Below are positions 49,153 through 62,402 of a stretch of DNA of 64,000 bases, piece by piece. Position numbers and translations under genes: made by a program. This stretch comes from Camelus ferus (lineage: Eukaryota): positions 42,596,001 through 42,660,000 of the forward strand of contig NC_045696.1 of the NCBI RefSeq assembly GCF_009834535.1, read 5' to 3'. Under the pieces are notes generated by a model. That model saw only the letters and a program-made list of their open reading frames with translations, did not search any database and was not told the DNA's origin. The stretch's first letter is position 1, and each line of letters opens with the position of its first letter.

Positions 49153-49677
49153 AACCTACTGGCTGTGTGACCTTATTCTTTTCTCCACATGCTCACTTAT
49201 TTTGTGTTGAAAGGGAGCAGAATTGGGATTTATATGCATTAACCACTTCAGGTTAACGTTCTCTGTGATACTGGTGGTTTATACTGCTTGCTGAGACAGT
49301 AGTGATACGTGCAGTGGTTTCCAAAACAAATTATTTAAGACCCTGTGGCCACTTAACCTGGTGCTGAGGAGCTATTTCTCATTCCACTTTGTACACTTGC
49401 ATATTTCTTTGTTGGAAACTTGGCTTTAATTTTCTTGAAAGTCACTTAAAGAAAGAGGGAAGCCAAATTATTTACCGAGTTTCCAATGACCCTGAGCTCA
49501 AGAGAGGTTACAAACGAGTGGCAGGTAGAGGACAAACTAGTTGTGAAATTACACAAATGATACAGTGTCTCCTGGATGATTTTACTTTCCAAGCACCCTC
49601 ATTGCTTCTTTGGAAGATTATAAGGGACATTTTCTGTTGCTCCCCTAGCATCTTCTTTCTATCGTCACCAACAGTGA

Positions 49678-50112
49678 TGTATTGGTTTCTGAGGGCTGCA
49701 TTAACAAAGTTCCACCAACTGAATGGCTTAAAATCACAGGACTTTATTGTCTTACAGTTCTGGAGACTAGAAGTCTGAAATTAAAGTGTCAGCAGGTTAA
49801 TGTTTCTTTTGAAACCTGCAGAAGAGAATCCCTTATTACCTCTTCTAGTTCCCAGTATTTGCTGGCGGGCCTTGGGGCTCCTTGGTTTGTAGATGCATCA
49901 CTGCAATCTCCACCTCTGTCCTCACCTGGCCAAAATTCCTCTTCTTATAAAGACATTCTTATAAAGTCATTTTGGATTAGGGTCTGTCCTGATGACCTCA
50001 TCTTAGCTAAGTACATCTACAAAGAGCCTGTTTCCATCTAAGGTCATTCACAGGTACTGGAGGGTAGAGCTTCAACATATCTTTTTTGGGAGACAGTTCT
50101 CAACCCATAACA
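49678..50112 (-). mobile_element. MLT1C-like MaLR LTR
   Basis: tgtattggtttctgagggctgc...cttacagttctggagactagaagtc...ccttggtttgtagatgcatcact...caacccataaca. Confidence 0.85.
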
Positions 50113-50374
50113 AGCTGCTTTGATTTTCTTTTGAGAAACCATCATGCTCAATTTTCAAGTATAAATTTTTAACAGAAGTGACTTGACTAACTCTCAATTC
50201 CAGAGGAGGACTATGAGAGGTTCAGTCAGAGAATCCTGCCCCATCTTCTTGGCCCCTCTGCTTGGTTCTGGGTGTATGTATATTTCAGTCAAATCTGTTG
50301 GGATACTAGGAAGCATTTACTAAAGTGCTTGGAAAAAAGTTTTCTTCCCTCCTTTCCTTTCCTTTTCCTTCTTT

Positions 50375-50458
50375 TTCCTTCCTTCCTTCCTTCCTTCCTT
50401 CCTTCCTTCCTTCCTTCCTTCCTTCCTTCCTTCCTTCCTTCCTTCCTTCCTTCCTTCC
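50375..50458 (+). repeat. (TTCC)n microsatellite
   Basis: About 21 perfect TTCC units preceded by a degenerate CT tract. Confidence 0.95.
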
Positions 50459-50804
50459 ACTTACCTGGAGACCAAACATGGTATAAGGATTTGAAATTTG
50501 GGTCAACTAAAGCCATTGCACCACTAACTACTGCTAGGGGCATCAGAAAATGGTTAAAGCCGACACAGAGCCTAGAAAGGATCCCAGCAGGTGCAGAGAG
50601 CTACACCCTGACATTGTGCCTCAGCCAGTCAGTATCTGAAACCACCCTCTTTACTAGAACTTTCTATAACAAGGCAAAAAGAAAATATTTTTTCCATTTA
50701 AGCAAGTGTGTTTGAGTTTCTGTTACTGCAACATGAGTCTCCTAACTCTGTTATGCTGGAAGTGGGGATAGAGTCCTCACATTACGGCTGGCACCTGAGA
50801 AACA

Positions 50805-51010
50805 GTAGCAGCTAAACTTTGTTAGGTGGTTTCTCTGCCCCCAACTTGGCTCTTTGTATAGACGAGCTCATTTAACAGCTACAGCAATCCTGGGAACTGT
50901 TCTATTCTCTCTTTTATAAGTGAGGAAGCCGAGGCACAATGATTAAGTGGCAGAATGGGAAATCAGATTTAATGGCTTGACTCCAGGACCCATGTTCTTC
51001 GTCATTACAC
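50805..51010 (-). mobile_element. MIR SINE
   Basis: ctcatttaa...ttttataagtgaggaagccgaggcac...taagtggcagaatggga...tgactccag. Confidence 0.65.
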
Positions 51011-51147
51011 AGTACCGTCGTCGTCTTTGCTATGAGGGCCTATGCAAAGGCAGCTTTGAGAAAGTCCAAATACTTTATATACACAACACAGAGGAGTCGT
51101 TAATACTATTCAAGATCACAGCCATTCCTTCCCCTCCCCTCCTCTTT

Positions 51148-51631
51148 TGTATTAGTTTGCTATTGCTGTGTAGCCAGTTAACACCAAGGTAGCAACTTAA
51201 AACAACACCCACTTATTACGTCCTGTTGTGAATCAGGAGTCTGAGTTGGGTCCCTTGCTCAGGGTCTCACAAAGTTAAAATCAGGGTATCAGCTGGGCTT
51301 GAGATTTTCTTACTGGAGCTTGAGGTTCTCTTCCAAATTCGTGTACTGTTAGAATTCAGTTCCTTGCTATTATAGGACTGAGGTCCTTAGCTTAGAGGCC
51401 ATTCACTGTTCCCTGCCATGTGGTCTTCTGCACGACATGCCACCTTGCTTCTTCAAGTCCAGCAGGATTGACTATCCTATCACATTTGTCATATCACACT
51501 ACTTGTTCAGGAAAGAAAGTATCCCATCATATTCACAGGTCTCACTCACGCAGAAGTGGGAAGAATTATACAGGACATGTGCACGATGGGGTGGAAATCT
51601 GGGGAGCCAACTTAGAATTCAGGCTCCCACA
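51148..51631 (-). mobile_element. MLT1E-like MaLR LTR
   Basis: tgtattagtttgctattgctg...gctcagggtctcac...agaattcagttccttg...atcccatcatattcacagg...cttagaattc. Confidence 0.8.
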
Positions 51632-52905
51632 CCCCTCCCTGCCTCCATAAAGAGAATGAGTGAATATGGGGGAAGCAGGACATGGGAGGCACCATGTGTA
51701 TTCCTGCCTTAGACTTGCCTGGGGACTCCCAAAAGAGCAGAACACAAATGCTATTCCTCATTGAGAGGCTGGGGAAAAACACAGTCACCCATCTGGATTA
51801 TTATGAGGTTAAAAGACCTAGGAGATAATGGAGAGTTCCTAAAATGGAAGAAGATTTCAAGATCTCCCCATCCCAAAGGTATTACCTCCATGGATGTGGT
51901 TAAATTGGGCAGAAGCCACCTTACAAAATGTTTATTTCAGTTAGTTGCAGTTCATTAAGACTGCTTTGTGAGTAACTCTGTTAGGGTTTCCAAATCTCCA
52001 TTGTTTGTGAGGTCAGCTCCACTAAATCTGGATGGCTGTAATAGCAAAGCCTTTGGTAAGAACCTATTTGGACTACAAGTACTCTGAATCCCATGAAATT
52101 TATTAGCCTGAATTTAAAGAGGATTCTTAATTCTGAATCTGTTTTAAAATGAGTATTAGTTAAAATAGGGTTATTTTTCATTAAAAGAGCATTTCCATGA
52201 AAGACTAACCTTAGATTACCTTTTTTATTTAGCTAGAATCTACCTGGGAGATTGGGAGTTAAATAAACAGATTGTCTTATTGACCAGTTTTTATCTTTTG
52301 TTTATATTAAGTAGGTGCAGTAAGACTATCATTATTGCAAAGAAAATTGCATTATTCTGTTGCTAACTTTCAAGCGTTGGAATAGAAACTAATGTAACCT
52401 TTTAAGCTGTGGTATTCAAACATATTTTTCCAAAGAAAATTGATTAGTCATTTAGGGTTTTTTCAATCATTAAGTACAGTTATCTTTTCCCTGTTTTGAT
52501 TTTATTTCATACTGTTCTGTGTAGGAGAAAAACCTCTAAGAGTTGTATGAGGTTGATCTTACAAAGAAGCCTTAAAATTACTATTGATCATTTTTAGCAG
52601 ACTTAATCCATTTAAATGTAATTTCAGATATCCAGTTACCTCATATGCATATTTTGCTGATATTCTTTCCTGAAGCTGATTACATTGTCGTAGATTTAAA
52701 GGCTCTGTGCCTACCTCGCTCATTCTGCCTCTTCCAATCTTTGGTTTGCTCACCCATTCTAGCTGACTGCAGTCGCTTGTGCTGAAGACTGTTGTCTGTA
52801 GCTTCTCCAAGCTTCCCTGGCTCCTGATAGAAAGCAATCATCTGCTTACTAATGATCCTTACCGTGGGAATCACTGAGAAGAGAAATTATGATAATGGAA
52901 ACAAT

Positions 52906-53009
52906 CTTTTTAAAAATTTATTTATTTATTTTTAACAGAGGAACTGGGGATTGAACCCAGGACCTCGTGCATGCTAAACATGTGCTCTACCATGAGCTAT
53001 TCCCCACCC
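52906..53009 (-). mobile_element. tRNA-derived SINE (camelid Vic-1-like)
   Basis: ctggggattgaacccaggacctcgtgcatgctaaacatgtgctctacc; degenerate TSD tggaaa(c/t)aa(t/c)ctttt on both sides. Confidence 0.88.
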
Positions 53010-53714
53010 ACTGGAAATAACCTTTTGATTTTTTTGCCTTATCCACCCTCATTGACACACTTGCAGGCGAGTCTCAAAAGCCCAAACCTTTTTTGTGGAG
53101 GTGCCCAGAATTCTCTTCATCTGTTGCTGGACTGTTATCTTTGCCCCAGCCCACTCCTATCAATATTCTTGCCTCTGCAGCTCAAACTTAAAACCTATTT
53201 CTGGCCTTTTTAATTCAGTGATTGCTTTTGATCAGCTATTTTTAAAGACTGACTTGCTGCACTCCTCAGAGTCCTAATGAGCTGACTGCCTCAGGTAGGA
53301 ACCCATGCTCGAATTTGGTTCCATGGAACCAACCCATTGCAGCAGGCAGGGGCAGTCACATCCCTGGAAGAAGGGAGAACGGAGGCCAGAAAGCAGGAGC
53401 CATGGTTTGGGAGACAGCGCTAGCTGGCACAATTCAGATGTCTCCCCACCTAGTCCCTGACGGAGTCGCACACATGTTCTGCTAGGCTGCAGTCATTCTG
53501 TGGGGTGCTTGGTAAAACGAGCTCTAACACTAGAAGGGAGGAAGTGCCTTTTCTATTCTCAGTGATAGCTATACTGATGACTACAGCAGTTTTTTCCATG
53601 AGACACTGTAGAAGGATTTGATTCTTACAGTCACGGTCTAAATATTTGCTGAATTTTGGGCTTTAGCTATATTCTTCCTCTAGCTCAGATCTAGGCTTAT
53701 CCCAGTCACTTCAT

Positions 53715-53930
53715 GACTTAGATTGGCTTCCCTGGAAACAGTCTCAGAAACTGAGAATTGCATGCAGAAGATTTACTGGGGGCTGCTCTCAGGAGATATA
53801 TCTGCACGAGTGGGCAGAGGGGAGAGCCAATCATATTGAAGTAACCAATGAGGCATCTGCCAACCTATGGCAGGCTCCGGGGCCAGGACGGACCTCAGTG
53901 TTGTCCCAAATTGAGGCAAAGGGCAAGCGG
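53715..53930 (-). mobile_element. LTR16-like fragment
   Basis: ggcttccctggaaacagtc...tgcagaagatttactgggg...gttgtcccaaattgaggcaa. Confidence 0.6.
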
Positions 53931-54059
53931 TCATTCATTTCTTTGCAGTATCCACCACAATACATTGTTAGTAAAACTGTTTTAGCAACATTTGACCTAT
54001 AATCAAGCAACTCTTCATGCTAAAAATCATTTATCACCGACTACCATTAAGTGCATAAG

Positions 54060-54531
54060 CTGTTAGGATTTATGGCTGGCACCTTAGAAGAAGACAGAAT
54101 TCACTTCAGATGGTTCAAATGATATTTCTGTGAAAGTAATAATTCAAAGACATGGAGAGTTCAGGGGATATATAGGGGTGATGTGGCACCCAGAGATAGC
54201 AACAGTAGGATGAAGTTAACTCCCCAGGGATAGGAAGGAGATGGGATATAAAGAGAGATACAGAAGCCCAAGGAGAGCTCGAGTCACAGAGGAAGGTCTC
54301 CACCAAAAGGAGCTCCAGCCCTGGAGATGCACAGCTACTAATAGAGAGGGGGTGCCGGCCGAAGCCCTTGATTACACGCCAGTGACTTCCCATTGGCCAA
54401 CCCAACTGGAAGCCAAATAACGAGTCTGGGAGATGCAATGCACAAGGTTTGGTCTCTTGGGGCAAAGAGTAGGATTAGAGTGATAAGAGCAAAGGACGGA
54501 AAAGAGGTGGCAAACAAAGAATAATCACCAC
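54060..54531 (-). mobile_element. LTR33-like (ERVL) LTR
   Basis: gcacccagagatagcaacag...cccattggccaacccaactggaagcca...ggcaaacaaagaataatcaccaca. Confidence 0.6.
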
Positions 54532-56075
54532 AGTTCCCCAGTTAAATACAAGTTGCTCTTCTATCACAAAGCAAGCCATTTTCTGTAACATATTTGGCTA
54601 ATAATCCCCGAGGAAAACACTTCATAAAGAGGCACCCTCAGCTGAGATTCCTAGGTCTCATGATAGGAAAACTTCATCTACTCATTTTATTTTATTTTTC
54701 CCCTTTAGAACAAGCCCTCAGTAATGAAATATTGAAAGAAAAAAAAAATCTCTAATTGCTAAGTCTATGTTGTAACCATTTTATTGGTTGGGTAGGTGCC
54801 GTGTAAAGAGTGCTGTTTTTGAGAACAGGGCAATTACAGATACTAGAGAAGCCACCAGGAGAATTACTAAAAGAAATAATTACTGCTGAATGTTCAGTGT
54901 GGGGTGTGTGGCTTTCACAGTACAACACCCATTAAGTGACAGTCACGTGATTAAACCTTATACGTATTTTTTCCAAATTTACCCCCTAAGGGGCAAATTA
55001 CCACCCTAGTTCTGAATAACATGATTGTAGTTATTAGTCTTTGTGTGCATAATTCCCCATCCATGATGTTTACAATTTTCTCCTTAGTGTTCCTTTGAAA
55101 AGCCACACAATTACAATATTTTCATTATGCTATGGCTTACACAGATAATTAAACAAATAAATACGCCCTTACACAATTCATTTCAAACATTCCCAATCTT
55201 TATGAAACTCCCTCATTTTGGAAGAATAAAGACATTCAGTGTACCTGCAATCTGTGTTTTCTTTTACAAAGGCATCACCTGGAAGATTAATAGAACTCAT
55301 CAGCTTAAGGCGTAACCTTAATCATTCTCTTTCCAATCAGAGAGTAAATGGGTGCAAAGTAATAACCTCACAGCTTTTACATGAGACTGGGGAGAGCAGT
55401 ATATTTTCATTTTAGAGAGATCTAGAGAGATTAAAAATGTATTTCTCACAATTTAGTGACTTTATTATTGAGACTAGAGTCGAGTTAATTTTAAATGTTT
55501 TGTGTGTTTACTAAAGTGAATTAAACTCTCAAAATTTGGGGCTTTTAACACAGCCCATTTTTGGTAGGTGCTAAGTCTAGTAAAAACTGGTACTTAGCTA
55601 TTAGAAGCAAACTTCCAAAATATTTAGATTTTACTTTCAAAAATAATAGAATTCTAGAGTAATCTGGAAAAATAAGTTTATTTTGCCAATAAAGAAACCA
55701 AATCTCAGAACTATAAAATGGCTTTCTAGGGTCCCACAGCTGGTTCCGGCCAGAGGCAGAGCTACACTAGGCAGTCTTCTAAAACGCCGCGATTGAACCT
55801 TTCCCCTGTTCAGCATGCCTCTTCCAGCGGACTTTGTATTTTCTCTTTCAAAAAACACTTTTGAGCCTCTGCTCTATTCAAGTACCACCTGGGGTGCTAG
55901 AGACAAGCAAGTGAGTAAGACGGCTCCCAGCTCTTTTAGAAGAAGCTCACAATTTAGTGAGAGAGTCAATTGTGTAGATGAAAAATTGTCCTTTATTACG
56001 AATTGCAGTATGTGTTTTGAGAACACAGAGGAGGGAGTGCTGGCTCTTTCTTAACTCTCTCCTTTGATTTTAACC

Positions 56076-56241
56076 TTTTTTTTTTTTTTTAATTGAAGTA
56101 CAGTCAGTTTACAATGTTGTGTCAGTTTCTGGTGTACAGCATAGTGTTTCAGTCATCCATATACACATATTCCTTTTCATTTTCTTTTTCATTATAGGTT
56201 ACTACAAGATATTGATTATAGTTCCCTGTGCTATACAGTAT
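56076..56241 (-). mobile_element. Young L1 3' end (camelid type), 5'-truncated
   Basis: T run then aattgaagtacagtcagtttacaatgttgtgtcagtttctggtgtacagcat...ttccctgtgctatacagta. Confidence 0.88.
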
Positions 56242-59200
56242 GGGATTTCATTTCTTGTCTTCAACTAACACAGTCACTGGGATCTTCAGACACACCAAGT
56301 CCCCGTCCTTAGCAGGCACTGGTCCTGGTTTCTTGCACTGTTTCTTGCAGCTATTTCTGTCGGCCTTCTGTGTTCGCCTGCCACTCCCACCAGTCCCACT
56401 TTCTGCCCCGTTGCCTCACGCAGCAGTTGCTGCCAGTGTGCTACTATTTCTGATTTTGAAAGTTTGAAGCCATCTGCAGCTCCAGAAGTAGAAACTGCTC
56501 TCCTAAAGAGGAGAGCGTACTCTACTCACAGCAGTCACTGCCTCCTCACTCTGCTTCTCCAAGGCCCTCCTTGTCCTTTGTGTTTCCCCCTTTCCCTCAA
56601 CCTTTAATAGCACCTATCCCCAAGCTGGAGAGTGGACTTTCAACGGCACCATCCAAAAGTTACACCCTAACTGACTCACTGCACGTGACCCGTGACATTG
56701 ACAAGCAGGACATACCCGCATACATGGACCAAGGATCATGGGCCCCAAACACACAAGGCATAACTCCCTTTTGTTCCCACTTTCATAGGAAATCCCATAG
56801 GTTAAAAAAAAAAAAAGGAATAAGTGTGCTATAAAAAGATAAATATCTCATAACTATTTACATAAGATTATGGAGTCACCTATGAGCAAAACCACTGTCC
56901 CAAAACCTGCCTCCTCAGTAATAATCAGCTGGCATCCAGATTCAAGACAAGGACACCTGAGCGCTTCCCTTTTCAATAAGCTTCCTACTTCCCTCTCAGG
57001 AATATGCGCCCTACCCCACAGCCAGTAAGAGATTCCTAACTGACCTAATTTCTTCTCTCTGTCCTTTGTAAGTTTGTTATCCTATGCTTGATCTTCAGAG
57101 GACTAACCATCTTTGCAGCTTCTCCCAGGAAGTCCTTGCCTCCATTCACTAGGGATCACAAGGTGAGCACAGAGAGTAAGCTACCTGTGGTGTCCTGGCT
57201 GCAAAGAATGACTTTGTGACATCTGCAGTATCTGGTCAGATACTTGCCTCTGTGCTCCCAAAACAGACAGATGTGATCTTTGAACAGGTGTATTACTCAC
57301 CCCATATCCTCACACTAGTTGGTACGTTGTCCAAATAAAAAGCTTGAGTTGCCTGCTTCTACCACCCGAGTGCTTTCTGGTGATCTTGTAGTATGTGATT
57401 AATATTTGTCCTAAAAATTAACATTTGATGCCTGCAGACAACTTTCAACTTGACTTCTTTCAATCAATTATGGTTAATGAATACTTTTCTGTAGCGATAC
57501 TTATTAATGACCATTGAAAAATCTATCATCTGATTTTGTGTCTTATTGACTAGAGGTATGTTAAAGAAGTGTGTGCAGTTTTGGGCAGAAAGATGGAATT
57601 TTTAAGTATGGTGTGTAATTTATAAAAGGTTGTGGAATATAAACTTTAGAAGGATTATTATAAAAAATTTCTATTTTAATTTTGAGCCTAAGGGAGATGT
57701 ACATTTGAAAGGGCAGGCACTGGGGCATCCATGAGAAAAGTCCCTGTCTCTCACTGCTGTGGGTACATGTGATAGAAATTCTAAGATCTGGAGGGCAAGT
57801 TCAGTGCTCTCCTTGAGAACTGAATGGAGATCTATCTAAGAAGGTGATCCATGGCTTTTCAGATCTGAAAACCCTTTTGCCCGGGGATGAGAGTGTTAGG
57901 AGAAGTCTCTTCTGTGCCCTGACTTCATCAGTCCCACCTCTAACCCCTGCCAGGCTGCCGTTCCTCACACAGACCTATTTGCTCACTCAAGAGAGAAAGC
58001 AGCGGCTTTTTCTGGACATGCATGAGCCCCCTATGAAGCTAAGAGGATTTACATGTGTATACAGAAGGATAATACAGCTTTTATTTTCCTGTTATATTAA
58101 GTGTTCTCTCATTTTCCCTGAAATACAATTCTATGATCATTTCCCTCCAGTGCTGCAGCTTTGCACTGTTGGCCTAATTTAACTATCTTTGCTTTTTGAC
58201 CGAGGTCCCCTATGATGCTTCAGTGCAAAATCAATGTGTGATGACAGATCCTTTGTGTTCACTTAATATGTGAATTATATGCCTCTTTGCCTCTTTAATA
58301 GATGAGCTATTTGCCATCCAGAGCATCTTTACTTCCAGTTTTACCCACCACTATTCTCATTTCTTCCTTCGTTGGTCTCTTGCCTTCCTGATAGTAGAAA
58401 CATTCTGCAAAGTTGCACTTAGCATTACTTTGTTGTTTTAATGTCTTCCTCTGCCATGAGTTAGTATTTTGGTTATTTTTCCGAATATATCTCTTAAAAG
58501 CTTATAAATGTTAAGAAAGCTTCAAACTCATTTCTTTCTTAATTTCATGTTTCCCTTTTATTTTTCTTCCGTAGCAGCTTTTACTCTACACATTAGGAAG
58601 TATAAATGCAATTGCAATTCCATAATTATTTCTTTTGGCATCTGAATCTTATCAATTTAAAATTTTTGTCTTAAGGCAGACTAGGAAAAGATATATGCTT
58701 GACTTTCTTTAAAAAAAATGACAAATTCGCAAATTATACTGAAGTTGCCTCCTGGAGGAGGAAGAATGGTAGGTGTCAGGAGACCTGATCTCACATGATG
58801 GTTTTGCTGCTAACAAGCTTGTGTCTTTGGGAAAGTAACTTACCTTCTCTGAGTCAGTCTTCTTTTTGGAGTGAATTGGATTTTAGTTCTTTCCAGCTTT
58901 ATAATTCTATATGAGAAAAAGCCTCTTTGGTTTTACTCTAATGTATCAACTGAGGATAAGACAGAGGAGAGAGAAAGAAAAGAATTTTCTTGGACACAAC
59001 ATTAAATTGCAAGTCATACAAATGCTTTGATCAAGATGCCACCTCCCAAGGGTTGTGTTGGGGTAAAAAGATAGAAGAAACCTCCATGAGCTCTAGTTCT
59101 TTTCTCTTTCACTTCATTCTTTATGTTTCCAATGTGAATGCAAATCCATTATATCATTAGAGAAGGTCAGGTCAGGGTTGGGGTGGGGAGGGAAGACGGA

Positions 59201-60084
59201 GGAAGATTAGTAAAAGTCCTTTGCTGCATATTGGGAATTGGGGGTAACTAAATAATGGTATATTTCTTCCATTAAAATGGCCTCTATAACCTTCGCCAGA
59301 AATAGCATTTGAGACTAGAAGAGAATTAATGTTCAGTAATTTTTGAATCCTTATTTAAATGTGACTTTCAAATATCTTTCCCAAGAGAAGCACTTAAAAA
59401 GATCCATCAAAAGCAACGGTGCTAATAATCTGCCCTGGGACCTGGGCAGTAGGTTGAGAGACTCACCTCTCATTAATTAGGTGAAGGATTCATGGAGTGT
59501 TAGGAGTGCACCTGAGCCCAGTATTCATTTGCAGGAGAGTGATCTATCCAAGAGTGTAATGATACTGGAATTATCAAGCATCTAGCCAAAGGAGGAGAAG
59601 GGAACAGAAAATTAAAAAAAAAAAAAAAAAAAAGAAAACCCATCAATTTGAAGATAGTGAAATTGCTTCCTGTTTAAGTGGTGTAAAAGGGAATTTACAC
59701 TGGAATCATTCTGGCATTCACTAGAAAGCAAAGAGTGTCTCTGTGTATCAGGGATTAGTATCTGAGGGAACACCTCAGCCTAGCAGCAGCTCTGGATTTC
59801 TGTTTCCAAGTTCAAGGCTCCCACTTCCCCTTCTGTCTGCGGAATCCAGGAGCTTCCAATAGTCTTCCATAATTACCTTGCCTGAGGCATCCTCCAGGCA
59901 CTCCTGAGAGGTATGTGGAGGGTATTTAAACCTACAGGATCTGTTAATTCATTCTGTCCCTTGAGGTGTGGGTTTGAAGGGACCAGATGGTAGGCTGAGC
60001 AAGGAGAGCAGCTGAAAACAGCAGGACTCCTGTTCTCTGGCTCTGAGGAAGTCAGGCCGTATCTCTTCAGGATCAAAATTATTC

Positions 60085-60192
60085 GGGGTGGGGATGGTGG
60101 TGAGAGTAATAGCTCAATGGTAGAGCACATGCTTAGCATGAATGAGGTCCTGGGTTCTATCCCCAGTAAGTACTTCCATTAAAAAAAAAAAA
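60085..60192 (+). mobile_element. tRNA-derived SINE (camelid Vic-1-like)
   Basis: atagctcaatggtagagcacatgcttagcatgaatgaggtcctgggttctatccccagta plus A tail; A box and B box visible. Confidence 0.88.
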
Positions 60193-60989
60193 TTGCTGGA
60201 GACATAATCGTCTTTAGCAGTGACCTGGAACAAAATGATTTACCCACCATACCAAACCTAGGAGCTGTTTTGGTTTGTTTTTGGTTATTCCATAACTGAC
60301 AGATGTACGGAAGAAGAAATTCAGGCTTCACGTTTATTAACTTTTAGAACATACATAGGATAGAGTTAAGGGCTAAGTTCAACAACATTATTTTGAAAGA
60401 TATTTGTAAATAAGTCACCTGTAAAATTTTGGTCATTAAAGGCAGGTATGTAGCAAAGCCTGAATGAAATAAGAAATCAAACCACCTAAATCTCATCTCT
60501 TCTGCACTCTAAGAACTGGGCTGCTTTGTTCAGAGCCTCCACTCTCCTTTCCCAGATCCTGCAGTCACTGGATCATCTCCAGTTATGTTAGACTCTTGAA
60601 GTACTCAGAGAGCCTTTATTTTAACAGGAAGGAGTGACGGAATCCATTAAGGTCAACTGGGTACTTTTAATGTTCCTTACGTTCTGTGGAAAGATCAGTA
60701 TGAAATGAGGAGGTAAGAGTAACACAAGTGACACCAGTAACCACAACAAATAACCTCCATTATCTAACGGGGCAGTGTGGCCGTGATGCTGGAGGTGTGT
60801 TTGAGTAAGAAGTCAAAGGGTCTGCAGAGGTGGTTTCCTATGTCAATTTAAACTGGCTGTGTTCATGCAAAATCAATTCACACTTCTTATAAAGAATCAA
60901 CCTTTGTGGTAGTCTGTGATCTTAATTAGCAATCACAGGGCCCCTCCTACTCTTCGTATGTCCAAAATAGAATTGCACAAACTATTCGG

Positions 60990-61908
60990 ATGTTAAAAGT
61001 TCCTAAGACTGCTTGGGAACACTTCATTCCTTTTCTATTCCTACAACCAGATTTTTGCCTATTAACATTTATAGACTAAGGCAGGAGTGAAGTTGAGAAT
61101 ATATAAGAGCTTCATAACCTTGCTTATGGAAGATAAGTCTTACCCTTCACCTTGTAAAACCCTGGAAAATCTCTTACATGTCCGGCCAGCGCTAGAGACT
61201 GAGAATCCAAGATGAGCAATTCTTATATCCATAAAACAAGTCTTTCTCTGAGCCCTTTGTTTCTGGTAAATAGTGAAGCTGATAGCAATCCCCTCACCCT
61301 TATTTATTCTGAAAAACTACTTACTGCACAGAACCAGCCTACCCCATATGATTTAGAGAAGGCTCTGGGATATTTCCTTTGTTTACATTTAACAAACACA
61401 GACCCTCGAAATTCCTTTTCCTTGCCTCACAAATAATTAGCTGAACTGCTTGCTGCCACCCTCCCCTACCACCCAACCCACGCCATTAATCAGAAGGAAC
61501 ACAGTGCTTGTTAACCAAATTTTGGATAAGATTCTCTCCTTCCCCTAACCCCCTGAACTGGCCCACCCTCAGCCTGATCCTGCACGGAATCTTTCTTCAG
61601 GGCCCCTCCAGAGAAATAAGAAAACAGGCTGCCCTCAGTGCAACACTTTCTCTGAGCTGCTCTATTCCCTGAACTTCCATCCCACTTCCCCACATCCTGT
61701 GCTCTCTCTGGCCTTGTTGACTCCTCTCTATCACGGAAAATCCTTCTTGCCCACCTCTGGAGACTCTGGTAGCAGATCTTACAGCCATAGCTTCTTCCTG
61801 TTGCGATAATCCCCCTCTTCCTGTTCCAGCAGGCCCTCCCCTGGTGACAGTTATTCTTTTGAATAAAGTCTCTCCTTTACTGAGTCCAGAAATGTTTTTT
61901 ATTTGAAA
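60990..61908 (+). mobile_element. MER31/MER67-like ERV1 LTR
   Basis: ttaaccaaattttgg...ttctctccttccc...cttttgaataaagtctctcctttac...ttttatttga 3' terminus; 5' boundary uncertain. Confidence 0.6.
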
Positions 61909-61915
61909 AAAGATA

Positions 61916-62402
61916 TGTTTCCGCAAAACCGGCCTCTGTAACCTGAAAGCCAATTTGAGACAGAGTTTTGGGAGAAAGGGATCAGCTTTATTGCTTTGCC
62001 AGGCAAAGGGGAGTCACAGCAGGCTAATTTAGAGAATTTAGAGAGGAATCTGTCTTAGGGTTGGGGTCTTGAAGTTTTATAGGAAAACTGAATGGATCAG
62101 TAAAAGGCATTTACAATCAGGGCGCTTTACTGGGTGTTGCTACATTCCTCTTAACCTCCTGTCATGGGGGAACTGCCCTGCAGAGGGTCTGTCCATTCTT
62201 CTGGGATTATCAGCCCATTACCTCCTTCCTGGAACATCATCGCCTCTGGGTTAAAACTATTGTAAAGAATGTAAGGGAGAAGTCTGGGGGATGCTTAGCA
62301 CAAAAGTAGTGAGGGTGAGAGAGCGACTGCAGGATTTCTTAGTCAGAAGGAACCAGCAGACAGGTTTAGCACCAGGGGAGTAGTTTATTTCCTGCTCTTT
62401 CA
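61916..62402 (-). mobile_element. ERV1-type solo LTR, same family as 45615-46021
   Basis: TG...CA, 4-bp flanks GATA/GATG; minus-strand AATAAA (tttatt) and TATAAAA (ttttata); shares ggcctctgta.cctgaaa, gctttgccaggc.aaggggagtcac, cattcctcttaacctc. Confidence 0.78.

Noticed and set aside
50272..50715. 147-aa ORF and antisense ORFs with PSFL/EGRK repeats
   Set aside because: Translation of the (TTCC)n microsatellite.
60105..60170. tRNA gene
   Set aside because: The tRNA-like A/B boxes belong to a SINE with A tail and degenerate acceptor stem; the same applies to 22095-22205 and 52906-53009.
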